This document shows, piece after piece, positions 9,054 to 18,878 of a stretch of 56,578 nt of DNA. The notes beneath the pieces were generated by a model. That model did no database searches. It saw only the letters and a list, made by a program, of their open reading frames with translations, and had not been told where the DNA came from. Numbering within the stretch: the stretch's first letter is position 1; every line of letters starts with the position of its first letter. Origin of the DNA: a bacterium. GTDB taxonomy: Bacteria > Hinthialibacterota > Hinthialibacteria > Hinthialibacterales > Hinthialibacteraceae. Made by a program: the position numbers and the translations under genes. The stretch spans positions 1 through 56,578 of the forward strand of contig CAXXSM010000111.1 of the NCBI GenBank assembly GCA_963663405.2, read 5' to 3'.

Positions 9054-12000
9054 ATGCGCGGGTATTCATTCATGCAATTTATATCTTATTTAAATAACGC
9101 CAAACCAGCGCGCGTGGCCCTGCTCCCCGGTTTGTGGAACTGGATTAAGGCGGTGGCCCCTTTATTTACAATTGGCGTGTTGATCGGTCTATTCGTTTGG
9201 TTTACCTTGCCGCATCCCTGGATTTATAACCGGTTAAAACCCGTCCCACCTGAGTTGTTCGAATTTTGGGCTATTCTGATTGGATGCGCGATCCTCTCCA
9301 CCCGCTTCACTCACCTATGCTGGAGATTCCTTCTAGGCGCGGAACGTATGGTCTACAAGGGCTTGAATCGCCGGCCGTTCACAACCAGTCTCCTTCTCTT
9401 TGGAACCAGCGTATTCCTCTTCTGGTTTTTCCGTATCCGGCATATTGATTCAGGGGATCTGTATCTCTTTCGAGACGCGGCCTTAAGAGACAGCGTTTAC
9501 AACGTCGGTCATGCGCCCGTAGAGACGTTAATCCGCTATTGGGTCAAAGAGATTCAACAGTTTAATCCCAATATCAATCTCATCCCGGTTTACGAGTGGC
9601 TGAGCTGCGTCTATGGAGGCTTCTTCGTACTGGCCATCTTCTGGCTCTGTTCGGCGTTGCCCAGAAGATATTATTGGTTTGGTCCGTTGCTCCTCTTACT
9701 GAATCCCGTCTTGGAGTTGTACTGCGGGTATATGGAAATCTACCATTTCCCCCTGCTCACAGAATTGATTTTTCTCCTGGTGGGTATCGGGTATCTGAAT
9801 CAGCGTTTTTCACTCACCACGGTGAGTCTCCTCTTTGGATTTACGGTGTCGACGGCTCTATGGCAAGTGTTTATGATTCCGGCGTATCTGTTTTTGCTCG
9901 GGTACGCCTTTTGGGTAAGAAAAGCGCGGATTTGGGAAATCGCACTGCAGTGCGTCATAACCTTATGCCCGTTTTTCTGCGGGCTGGCGCTGTTTTCTGT
10001 CTACTCGGATCCTTTTTTGGGGATCTTTAACCGGATGGCCAACTCAACGTATTTCATCTATGACAGTCCTTTCGCACAGATCACCCATTACACACTCTTC
10101 TGTAAGAAGCATTTATCGGATAAAGCCAATATGATTCTTTTGATTGGGTTGGTGGGAACAATTTTCATCCCCGCCCGGATCATGTGTGGAGGCCGCCGGG
10201 ATTGGCCCCGGTGGTTAAAACCCGATTGCCTCTTTCTGTTCCTCGCTCTCTTGGGAGCGTCCGTGCTTGGATTCACGTATTATCCAGCGTTGGGATTCCC
10301 CGTCGATTGGGATTTGTTTACGTTTATCTTTCCATGTATCACTTTATTAGGAGCCGCTATGATGCGCAATATCTTTGTTTTTCGTAATTGGAAAAAAGCC
10401 GTGCTGATTCTTGTGTTTCTCACGGCGGGGCTCACCTCAGCGTGGGTTTTGCAAAACGCCTTGTTCTGGCGCTATCCAACAATGACGTATAGACTCGGTC
10501 CCTTTTTCAGCTACATTTTACCGGATTTCTATTACAACCAGATGCTAACCGCCTTTCAACGCAACTGCCAGAATAATCTCTATTGGATAGCGGACGAAGC
10601 GATCAAAGAATCGCCCGATAAATATCAGGAAATACTCAAATTCATGGACGAACGGGTGGTGACGACGCTTGCGGCGGCGAATCCAGAAGGCTTTGATCTG
10701 CCAGGCTGGGCCTGCGATTTATATATCCAACCGTCTGATCCACCCCGTGTGTTTGTCTTCGATCGATACGGACGAATTTTTATCCAAAAAGAGAATATTC
10801 TGAAATGGGTTTACGCGCCCATTGAACTCATTGCCGATCGTGTCGTCGCCGCGGAACTCGATTCAGCTGGGGACGCGATTCTGCTGACTAAAAATGGACA
10901 TTTTTTCCGTGTCAAGAAAGCGGATATTGAAAAGGGGATCACCGGTCCGGTAGTCTGGAAAAAGCCGGAAACCATCGATGTCTTTCTCCCGGGATCGTTC
11001 ACGCATCTTAAACTACCCGTTCATCTCACCGATTTGGAGATTAATATCGAGAACGGTCATCTTTGCGTATTAGACAATTTCAACCGGGTCTGGGATGTCA
11101 ATACAAAAACAGTCCTTCTTCAGGGAATCCCCGCATACAACGCCGCGGTCGCCCTCCATTTTACATTGAATCACCAGCCTATCACCATCGATCTGAACAA
11201 CCATATTTCATACGACTCCACCAAAGTGCGCCTGCCGTATGAAACCGTCTGGTTCTATCCGATCGTGAGAGACTTTCTGCCGACATTTGATGACCAAGGA
11301 TTAATGACACTCGACCTGAACGGCAGCGTTCATTACACGGGTGTGACGCCCCTTTATGAAAACATCCCCGTCACAAACGTTCTGATCGACCGGTTTATCA
11401 AGATTAAACCCCTCTACGTCAAAGATTCGCTTGTTTTATTGGACAACCGGTACCGCCTCTACACCACTCCACTCGATAACTCCAACCTCTCTGTGAAAGC
11501 GCGGATACAAGGCCTGATTGACGGGGGCCGGCTTTCTCAAGCGTACAAACATCTCCGCGAAATCTGGAGAAAATCGAGTGGGTTGACGGAGGTTTGTTAT
11601 GATTTGGTGGATACAGATTTTATCCGCGCCGCCCGTGGAAGCCTGATTAGCAAAGAAATCGACGCCATTCCAATTTTTGTCGACGCTTTTCCCATTCGTG
11701 AGAACCTGATCGTTCTGCTGGATCGATGGGGCCGGCTGGTCTATGAGATCAATGGAAAAAGTTTTCTCTTAAATGGATCGGGTCTCACGTCATGGCCCCA
11801 CAAAGACGTCATCGATGGCGCCGATGCGGACGACCGGATTGTTTTCCTTTGTACAGATGGAAAAGTATGGGAATATCCCTCCATCTTTGCCCTTACCCAA
11901 GCGGATACGCAATGCGACCCTATCCCCTCTCTTTGGCTCGATTTGAATGACCATATGAAAGGCGCCCAATGGATCGGTATTGAATCCTGCAGTCAAGGGA

Positions 12001-12449
12001 TGGAAATCACTGCGTTGACCGAGGATGGATTGATGCTGCGGTTCGATCTAAGAAATAAACATTTAATCGAAACGATCCAACTCCCAAAACCAGAGAAATC
12101 GATCTTTGATTTTACTTGCTGTGACACACCGGACGGTTTGGCTATCGCTTACACCTCACAAATGGGGCCGGCGTTTCTCTATTCGCATTGGAACGGAGAA
12201 AATAAGGAGGTTCCCTTTACGAAATTTACTTGGCAAGCGGTATGTGACATCCAAATCATTGACAATAAAACGGTCTTGGTTATGGATCGGTTTGGTGTCG
12301 TCCACCCCAGCGAAGCGGGAATACGGTTCTACGAGTCCATCTCCACACCCGTGGCGGACGCGCTCGCGCTTAAATGGTTTCAATCGGAAAAGAAAGCGGT
12401 TTGGCTGCGAAACAACGGGGACCGGCGGATCTATCGGCGGATGAAATAA
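9054..12449 (+). CDS. Polytopic membrane protein (GT-C glycosyltransferase-like N-half) fused to beta-propeller-like repeats
   Basis: Many TM segments in the first ~470 aa with a DSGD loop and GYMEIY. C-half has repeated hydrophobic-D-x-x-G/N-x-V blades (FDRYGRIF, LDNFNRVW, LDLNGSVH, LDRWGRLV, MDRFGVVH). Confidence 0.6.
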   Translation: MRGYSFMQFISYLNNAKPARVALLPGLWNWIKAVAPLFTIGVLIGLFVWFTLPHPWIYNRLKPVPPELFEFWAILIGCAILSTRFTHLCWRFLLGAERMVYKGLNRRPFTTSLLLFGTSVFLFWFFRIRHIDSGDLYLFRDAALRDSVYNVGHAPVETLIRYWVKEIQQFNPNINLIPVYEWLSCVYGGFFVLAIFWLCSALPRRYYWFGPLLLLLNPVLELYCGYMEIYHFPLLTELIFLLVGIGYLNQRFSLTTVSLLFGFTVSTALWQVFMIPAYLFLLGYAFWVRKARIWEIALQCVITLCPFFCGLALFSVYSDPFLGIFNRMANSTYFIYDSPFAQITHYTLFCKKHLSDKANMILLIGLVGTIFIPARIMCGGRRDWPRWLKPDCLFLFLALLGASVLGFTYYPALGFPVDWDLFTFIFPCITLLGAAMMRNIFVFRNWKKAVLILVFLTAGLTSAWVLQNALFWRYPTMTYRLGPFFSYILPDFYYNQMLTAFQRNCQNNLYWIADEAIKESPDKYQEILKFMDERVVTTLAAANPEGFDLPGWACDLYIQPSDPPRVFVFDRYGRIFIQKENILKWVYAPIELIADRVVAAELDSAGDAILLTKNGHFFRVKKADIEKGITGPVVWKKPETIDVFLPGSFTHLKLPVHLTDLEINIENGHLCVLDNFNRVWDVNTKTVLLQGIPAYNAAVALHFTLNHQPITIDLNNHISYDSTKVRLPYETVWFYPIVRDFLPTFDDQGLMTLDLNGSVHYTGVTPLYENIPVTNVLIDRFIKIKPLYVKDSLVLLDNRYRLYTTPLDNSNLSVKARIQGLIDGGRLSQAYKHLREIWRKSSGLTEVCYDLVDTDFIRAARGSLISKEIDAIPIFVDAFPIRENLIVLLDRWGRLVYEINGKSFLLNGSGLTSWPHKDVIDGADADDRIVFLCTDGKVWEYPSIFALTQADTQCDPIPSLWLDLNDHMKGAQWIGIESCSQGMEITALTEDGLMLRFDLRNKHLIETIQLPKPEKSIFDFTCCDTPDGLAIAYTSQMGPAFLYSHWNGENKEVPFTKFTWQAVCDIQIIDNKTVLVMDRFGVVHPSEAGIRFYESISTPVADALALKWFQSEKKAVWLRNNGDRRIYRRMK

Positions 12450-12512
12450 TATATTTTGCGGGTACGATGCGGTGATACAAATGACTTGAGGCCAACTCCT
12501 CAAGAGTTGTCC

Positions 12513-12866
12513 CTATGTATACATTTCTTCAGAAAGATCGGAAATATCCAATTCCTCATTATCTTCACTTATGCTCTCAACCAGGGAATCATGCAACGTG
12601 ATGATTCCGGTTTGAATATGCATCGCGGCGTCCGCCAATGGGATACAGATTTCATTGGTCGGATCACTTTTCCGGGCGATTTCAATAGATTCCTCGATTC
12701 GTTCCAATACAAGTTTGTTTGTCTGAAAAGAAATCAGAAGGGAATTGACATAACGAAATAGAAATTCGTCGGAGATTTCCTCTCCTGAGACCGCGTCAAG
12801 AATCTCTTTCACATTATTAATCAAGTCATCAATAACACCGTCACGGAGAAATCGTCTTCTCGCCAT
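12513..12866 (-). CDS. Hypothetical acidic helical protein
   Basis: 117 aa, GGAG RBS, protein-like composition. Confidence 0.7.
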   Translation of the reverse strand: MARRRFLRDGVIDDLINNVKEILDAVSGEEISDEFLFRYVNSLLISFQTNKLVLERIEESIEIARKSDPTNEICIPLADAAMHIQTGIITLHDSLVESISEDNEELDISDLSEEMYT

Positions 12867-13042
12867 TCTCTATTCTCCCATCCATGAATGATGTTTTTTA
12901 ATTATAGCGGAAAAATGATTTCGGGAGAGACGATATTAGGATAAAATGTTTAGAAAGGGTAAATTCTCTTGTTCTCTATAGATCGAAAAATGCGGTGTTA
13001 ATTCTATAAGTGAGAGCGTATGCTCTTAGTCATAGGAGGAGA

Positions 13043-13738
13043 ATGATGTCTAGAATGTATCGCATTCAATCCGGAGACACTTTGGGATCGATCGCGCGGG
13101 AATTTTACAACGATGGGAATTTGTATGATGAGTTGGCGAAATACAACGGAATCCTGAATCCAAATTTGATATTCGTTGGTCAAATTCTGGAAATCCCCTC
13201 AAAAAGTGAACTAATAAATCGTCCGGAACCGCCGGATCCAGGATTGATTGAACTCGCCCCTCCTCACGGATTGCAGGAAATCTATGATACATTTGGCGAT
13301 ATTACGAAATACATTAAGGCGGATGGGACAATCAGCCAACGTTGGGAAACCGAGAAATTAACCGCCACGACAATTCCGTTTTCAATTCCTCTTTCCTGGA
13401 AACTGGACCAAAAGACAAGCAAAATTAGCTGTCATAAAAAACTTAAGAAGATTATCACGGCTGTGTTCACAAAGATCGAAGATGAAGGTTTAAAAGACGA
13501 AGTGAAAACGTACGGTGGATGCTATTGTTTCCGGCCTATCCGGGGAGGCGTTAAATTTTCCACACACAGTTGGGGAATCGCAATCGACTTAAATCCCAAC
13601 ACCAATCCAATGGGATCAAAGGGCGACATGAATCCGGATATCGTGACGATTTTCCGCCAATATGGCTTTAAATGGGGCGGCGATTGGGCGGGACGCCGCA
13701 AAGATCCCATGCATTTCCAATTCTGCACTGGTTATTAA
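13043..13738 (+). CDS. LysM domain + M15 family metallopeptidase (peptidoglycan hydrolase)
   Basis: YRIQSGDTLGSIA...NPNLIFVGQILEIP LysM; STHSWGIAID and WGGDW...DPMHFQ M15 zinc motifs; AGGAGG RBS before ATG 13043. Confidence 0.9.
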   Translation: MMSRMYRIQSGDTLGSIAREFYNDGNLYDELAKYNGILNPNLIFVGQILEIPSKSELINRPEPPDPGLIELAPPHGLQEIYDTFGDITKYIKADGTISQRWETEKLTATTIPFSIPLSWKLDQKTSKISCHKKLKKIITAVFTKIEDEGLKDEVKTYGGCYCFRPIRGGVKFSTHSWGIAIDLNPNTNPMGSKGDMNPDIVTIFRQYGFKWGGDWAGRRKDPMHFQFCTGY

Positions 13739-13793
13739 TTGTTTTCAGTGGGAGCCAAATCCTGATCTTCGAGTAAGCGAGTCCGTTTTACTT

Positions 13794-15026
13794 TTACGGT
13801 TCGTTGATGGCGTCAAACATGGTAGTGATATTCTCTGGCGGGACATTCGCCAGGATATTGTGCACCTGCTGAAACACAAAGCCTCCGCCAGGGCGCAATG
13901 ACTTGACCATTTCCTGGACATGCGCCCTAACCGCTTTGGGCGTTTCATCGGGCAGGATTTGTTGTGTGTCGCATCCCCCGCCCCAAAACGTAATATATTC
14001 TCCAAATTCAGCTTTAAGGCGTTTTGGGTTCATACCCGCGCAGGTAATCTGAACGGGGTTGATCGCGTCGAGACCGGCGTCAATGAGGCTGGGGAGCAGT
14101 TCGCGCACTCCCCCGCAGCAATGAAGCATCACTTTCACATCCGCCAGTTCCTTAGCTCGATTCCATAACATCTGGTGACGGGGCTGGAAAAACTCATCGT
14201 ACATGGCAGGTGAGATCTGCGGGCCGGTCTGCATCCCCAGATCATCACCGAAAAGGATGACGTCAATAGATTCCCCCACGGCGCTCAAGTACGTTTCGAG
14301 GTTGGCGAGGTGCATTTGAACCAGTTTGTCTAAAAAAAGATGCGCTTTGAAAGGTTCGGCGGCGAGCAGCATTAAAAAACCATCATTCCGGAAAAGGAAC
14401 TGCCCCGTTTCCAAGAGATTGCCCCCAAACAAACCGATGATGGCTCTATCCGTCTTTTCCCGTAGCGTTTTCGCTCCTTCTGATAAGATACGCATCCCAT
14501 CGGGCCCGGAAACGAGCGGTCCAGGCGGCGACGCGCAGACGGACGAAGTCCACATACTCTCCTCAAACGCTTTGGGGATGGCGCCAAGGTCCATTTCTTC
14601 AAAAAATGGATAGTAGCATTGCTCGAAATAGAGCGCCCCATCCGGCATCCGGGCGATGGCGCGTCCCGTGACCGAGCGAATGATCCACTCCGCTTCTCCA
14701 CGTTCCGGATTGACCCACTTGGGCATTAGGCAAGGACTCCCGTCCGGAAGGGTCCACTCCGCCCAGTCCTTATCCTCCAAAGCGAACGCGCGGCCCAATT
14801 CAATCGTATCGATCCCGAACCGGTCGAGAACATCCTCATCGACGATCGCCAACTGTTGGACAGGATCATAGACACGGACCGGCTTGGGGGGCAGCCCTAG
14901 ATACGCGCGCAGTTTCGGATAAACAATCGCGCTGATTCCAGAAGAACGATGGCCGGAAAAATCGACTGGAACCCGGTCTGATTCCTGGTGATTTAATGCG
15001 GCGAGAATCCGTTCTCTTCCATTCAT
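13794..15026 (-). CDS. Uroporphyrinogen decarboxylase / MtaA-CmuA methyltransferase family protein
   Basis: RERILAALNHQESDRVP, GDDLGMQTGP, HCCG, FWGGGCDTQ, HNI motifs. Confidence 0.85.
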   Translation of the reverse strand: MNGRERILAALNHQESDRVPVDFSGHRSSGISAIVYPKLRAYLGLPPKPVRVYDPVQQLAIVDEDVLDRFGIDTIELGRAFALEDKDWAEWTLPDGSPCLMPKWVNPERGEAEWIIRSVTGRAIARMPDGALYFEQCYYPFFEEMDLGAIPKAFEESMWTSSVCASPPGPLVSGPDGMRILSEGAKTLREKTDRAIIGLFGGNLLETGQFLFRNDGFLMLLAAEPFKAHLFLDKLVQMHLANLETYLSAVGESIDVILFGDDLGMQTGPQISPAMYDEFFQPRHQMLWNRAKELADVKVMLHCCGGVRELLPSLIDAGLDAINPVQITCAGMNPKRLKAEFGEYITFWGGGCDTQQILPDETPKAVRAHVQEMVKSLRPGGGFVFQQVHNILANVPPENITTMFDAINEP

Positions 15027-15273
15027 AATTCACTCCTTCAAATCAGAATACAGTATGACAACGCACGGATGTTTAGAAGAGAGATTGATCAATCTAAAGT
15101 CTATCGCAAGTATAATAGGTAAACCTTGCCTTTAACGCCTATAATTAAATAAGCGCTGTTTGGTCCTGACGTTCAGTAGAATAGGAAATTTTTAGGATTG
15201 AGTATAGGGTATCTGAAAGATTAAAAGAGGGAAGAAATAGTTAAATGCTGAGAATAAAAATACTAGCAGCCAA

Positions 15274-15585
15274 TTATTTAAAATCCTTGTGACTGCTGCG
15301 GGCGCCAACGAGGTGAATTTGGCCATATTCCCCAATGATTGGAGAAAGGCGCAGTTTCTCCATCGCGTCCACTTGCAGCGGATGCGAATCCAATAAACGC
15401 CCCATCTGTTTCTGCCAAAACCCATTGACGGCGGTCCAATATCGCTGAGTAATTCTTGCGTTTTGTTTTAAAGAGATCGAAAACATGTTTTTGTACCTCA
15501 TCAACGAAGACTGCGCTGAATCTCGTTCGACGGAAATGAAATATACGTCACATTCAATATATCTATAACTATCGGATTCATCCAC
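15274..15585 (-). CDS. Possible small hypothetical protein (start uncertain)
   Basis: Only sizeable ORF between two minus-strand genes; no recognisable motif. Confidence 0.3.
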   Translation of the reverse strand: MDESDSYRYIECDVYFISVERDSAQSSLMRYKNMFSISLKQNARITQRYWTAVNGFWQKQMGRLLDSHPLQVDAMEKLRLSPIIGEYGQIHLVGARSSHKDFK

Positions 15586-15647
15586 AAAATATGTAGTAAA
15601 AAAAACGTGGGGAGTACAAGAAACCGGGAGATCAGGGAAATCGAGGG

Positions 15648-16715
15648 CTAAACGCTCATGCTCGTTTCTTTCTGGTTAGAACGATAAACGGCGTTAATCA
15701 CTTTGAGGAATTTAATCACTTCTTCGCCGGTGGTCTTTGGAGGACGGTTTTTCTGGATCGCTTCAACAAAATCCTGCGCGACGCATAGATTAATGTTCCA
15801 TTTTTCGAAATGCGTGTCGGGCGCGATCGTGACAGGTTTTCCGCTTCGATCTTCATAGATCTCAAAAAAGATGTCCTGCGGCCAGGCGAGCGGATCGAAT
15901 GCAAGGCCTCCCCGTGAACCATAGAGGCGGATCCGTGTACGGCGGTTCATATGGGCCGCCCATGCCCGTTCCCAGAACACATTCAATCCTTTATTGCAAC
16001 GCAGCATGGCGGCGCCGTGTTCTTCCACATCAAATTTCACTCCTTGATCGAGCGCCGGTTCGTCAACGCCTTGAAAACAGAAACCATCGACGCGCTTCAC
16101 TTCCAATTCATCGATCAGGCCGAACAAGATGTTCATATCGTAAATCCCCCAATCGAGCAGCGCGCCTCCTCCCGCTTTGGATTTCTCCAGCGACCATTTG
16201 GCGGAATGATGATAGTCGATGCCAGGACGGTGCCGGCGCGAGATGCCGGAAAGGTAGATATGATAGATCTCCCCCAGCGCCCCCGAATCGATCACTTCCT
16301 TTGCTTTCATCACAGTTGGACTGAACCGGAAACGCGAAGAGCAGGACGCCAGTATCAAACCGTTCTTTTTCGCTCGTTTGACCATCTTCTGCGCGGAAGC
16401 GATCGACACGGCCATCGGTTTTTCACAGAGCACATGTTTCCCCGCGTTGAGAGCGGCAAGGACGACATCTTCATGCAAGAAAGGCGGCACACAGACCACC
16501 ACCGCGTCTAATTCCTCTAACGCGAGAAGGTCTTTATAGTTGTTGAAGGTATTGGGAATCTCATACTCCACCGCCGCGCGTTCAATCGATTCGAGATTGA
16601 CATCCGCGATCGCGGTCGCGGCGCACCGGGGGATCACCCGGAATCCACGGATATGCTCCAAACCAATCATGCCCGCGCCAATAATACCGATCTGGATTTT
16701 ATGCTTGACACTCAC
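15648..16715 (-). CDS. Gfo/Idh/MocA family oxidoreductase
   Basis: GIIGAGMIG Rossmann motif, GKHVLCEKP, GGGALLDWGIY; GTG start at 16715 chosen for the AGGAG RBS. Confidence 0.9.
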   Translation of the reverse strand: MSVKHKIQIGIIGAGMIGLEHIRGFRVIPRCAATAIADVNLESIERAAVEYEIPNTFNNYKDLLALEELDAVVVCVPPFLHEDVVLAALNAGKHVLCEKPMAVSIASAQKMVKRAKKNGLILASCSSRFRFSPTVMKAKEVIDSGALGEIYHIYLSGISRRHRPGIDYHHSAKWSLEKSKAGGGALLDWGIYDMNILFGLIDELEVKRVDGFCFQGVDEPALDQGVKFDVEEHGAAMLRCNKGLNVFWERAWAAHMNRRTRIRLYGSRGGLAFDPLAWPQDIFFEIYEDRSGKPVTIAPDTHFEKWNINLCVAQDFVEAIQKNRPPKTTGEEVIKFLKVINAVYRSNQKETSMSV

Positions 16716-17012
16716 CTGCTTTTTGCTCCTTGCTGACCTGTCGAACGTCATTCTTCCAACGCGTTTCAATCCAAGAAGCGTTGGTTACTTCTTTACCTAT
16801 CATATTTCGATTGCGGGAAGGTTGAATGGCTATGCGGGCCGAAATAAGAAAAAGTCAAAACTCCATCACACTCCAAAAAAGCGCGCGTGGGATCGTTCCT
16901 GGATGGATTGACCAGACGATTTGTCCCATGATAATCTCTTTCCATGATCTAACATACCATTAACAAATCCCCCACGATCGAATCCGTGGGAACGCAATGG
17001 AGTGAATCACCT

Positions 17013-17366
17013 ATGGAAATCACACGGGAAGAATTAAAAAACATTTTAAGAGAATTGATTCAAGAGGATCTGCCGGTCGGACATACGCCTCTCGGAGACC
17101 GTTGGATCGGTGGTTCGGTCTATCTACAGCCGAGAGATGAGACCATACAAGGCAAAGAGATCCCGATGGACCGGTTTTTTCACAAAATCGTAATGATCCG
17201 AGACCGGCTGCGGGTTCTGGAACAGGCCATCAATTCCCACAAAAAACTGGACGATGAGGATAAAGTCAATTTACAGCAATACATCACGAAAATTTACGGA
17301 TCGCTGACATCATTCAATATTTTATTCAAAGACAAAAACCAACATTTCACCGGCCAAAAAACCTGA
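17013..17366 (+). CDS. Conserved hypothetical protein
   Basis: FFHKIVMIRDRLRVLEQ...LQQYITKIYGSLTSFN resembles a widespread uncharacterised family; GGAG RBS. Confidence 0.75.
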   Translation: MEITREELKNILRELIQEDLPVGHTPLGDRWIGGSVYLQPRDETIQGKEIPMDRFFHKIVMIRDRLRVLEQAINSHKKLDDEDKVNLQQYITKIYGSLTSFNILFKDKNQHFTGQKT

Positions 17367-17513
17367 TCCCCGATACGGATGATCGTTAGGACAAATTTTA
17401 TTCTGCCTTTATCTTTATCTTTTCACCTTTGAGGGTTTTACGCAAGACTTACCCATACAAATTTTAGAATCCGAAAGGACGCTAGAGGAGAGCGAGGCTG
17501 TGGTTGTAATAGA

Positions 17514-17945
17514 GTCTATCGATTTCCAACAGAAGCAGAGTGGGAATACGCATACCGGGCGGGAACGCAGACGGCGTTTTATTGGGGGGAAGATTCAGAT
17601 TACACGATGATAAACGATTATGAGTGGTATAGTGGAAACAACAGTGAATATGGGACTCCTGATTATGGAACGAAACCGGTGGGATTGAAACTTCCGAACG
17701 CATGGGGATAATTTGATATATGTAGGAGCGTTCATGAGTTGTGTTTGGATTTTTACTACATTGATTTTTATCAAAATGCGCCAGAAATGGACCCAATAAA
17801 CCAATTAGATGTTTCGTAATCGTTATACGTGGCCCGGGGAAGTTGCTGGGAATACGAACCTGAGAATTGTAGTTAAGCGAGCCGTAAAGGTTTCGGTCCA
17901 GGTGGTGGAGTAAAAACCATAGGTTTTCGTTTATCGTTATCTTAA
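17514..17945 (+). pseudogene. Decayed formylglycine-generating-enzyme (FGE-sulfatase/SUMF1) domain fragment
   Basis: Manual translation [24 protein letters not shown]...[15 protein letters not shown]...VHELCLD...NCS*ASR...IGFRL*; several stops and a frameshift; no 5' half. Confidence 0.85.
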
Positions 17946-18016
17946 TATTAATTTCCCTTGTTGCTGAGGATTCTCCAAAATAAGACTAAAAATTCTAGTC
18001 ATCAAGAGGTCGATAA

Positions 18017-18060
18017 AGGACAGGCGCTTTTTGCTTTACTCCTTGCACGACGTGTCCAGC
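18017..18060 (+). repeat. Left arm of an imperfect inverted repeat flanking CDS 18079..18801
   Basis: AGGA..CGCTT..CTTTACT..TGC..TCCAGC occurs in the same order in the reverse complement of 18815-18851. Confidence 0.45.
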
Positions 18061-18078
18061 GGCGCTCCCAAGGAAATT

Positions 18079-18801
18079 CTATCGCACATCGATTTCGAAA
18101 GTCTTAATACCGTTATTTCCCTTAATTCGGACCTTTGTAGGCCCTGACACAACCAAATCAACTGACGGATATCCAGTGCTTAATAGGCTATATACAAGAC
18201 GTGCAGATTTACCATTTTCAGCGATCTTCTTGGATTTATTGCTACTTAGGAATGGAGATGTATTATCGGTTGGCCAAAAATCGAGAATCCGCTCACCACT
18301 GTCTATGGGGAGATCGGCAACGAAAACGAGTTGACCTAATCTCTCGTTCTTTGTAGGCCTGAACAAGAGTGTGACACGGTAATTATCATCTTCCTTCTTT
18401 ATATTCTTTGAGTATAAATTGAGTTTGCACGGTTCAGCTAACGACTTTGTGTGATCAAGTTCGCTTTCCAGTTGAGAAATCTTTTCAGACTTCTTTCTAT
18501 CGGCATCCTCTAATTCAACAATCTTCTCAGCTAGTTTTTTTAATGCTTGCTCCTCTGGCAGGGTATATTTTTCAATGGCGATTGTTCGAAACGGCGTCAA
18601 CTTCGTTTCAAGGCGCTGAATCTCGGCTCTTTGTTTTTCGTTCTCACGCAGCAGCTCAGTGTTTTCATTCTGAAGGCGAGCGTTGTCTTTATACAACTGA
18701 GATCGATAATGAGCAATTGTGATAACTGCCGCTATGATTACTCCAATTGAAGAAACTATGGCTGTCTGCACACTAGCTTTTTGATAGAACTTTTGCGCCA
18801 T
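18079..18801 (-). CDS. Hypothetical membrane-anchored coiled-coil protein
   Basis: N-terminal TM helix, E/K/L-rich coiled coil, beta-rich C-domain; more AT-rich than its neighbours. Confidence 0.75.
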   Translation of the reverse strand: MAQKFYQKASVQTAIVSSIGVIIAAVITIAHYRSQLYKDNARLQNENTELLRENEKQRAEIQRLETKLTPFRTIAIEKYTLPEEQALKKLAEKIVELEDADRKKSEKISQLESELDHTKSLAEPCKLNLYSKNIKKEDDNYRVTLLFRPTKNERLGQLVFVADLPIDSGERILDFWPTDNTSPFLSSNKSKKIAENGKSARLVYSLLSTGYPSVDLVVSGPTKVRIKGNNGIKTFEIDVR

Positions 18802-18814
18802 ATCTCTGCTCCAT

Positions 18815-18851
18815 GCTGGACGACAAGCACAGTAAAGTGGAAGCGTATCCT
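18815..18851 (-). repeat. Right arm of the imperfect inverted repeat
   Basis: Reverse complement AGGATACGCTTCCACTTTACTGTGCTTGTCGTCCAGC versus left arm AGGACAGGCGCTTTTTGCTTTACTCCTTGCACGACGTGTCCAGC. Confidence 0.45.
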
Positions 18852-18878
18852 ACCATTCTTTTCCAATAATAAGAAATG

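Noticed and set aside
13043-13738. Prophage endolysin
   Set aside because: No holin, structural or integrase genes nearby.
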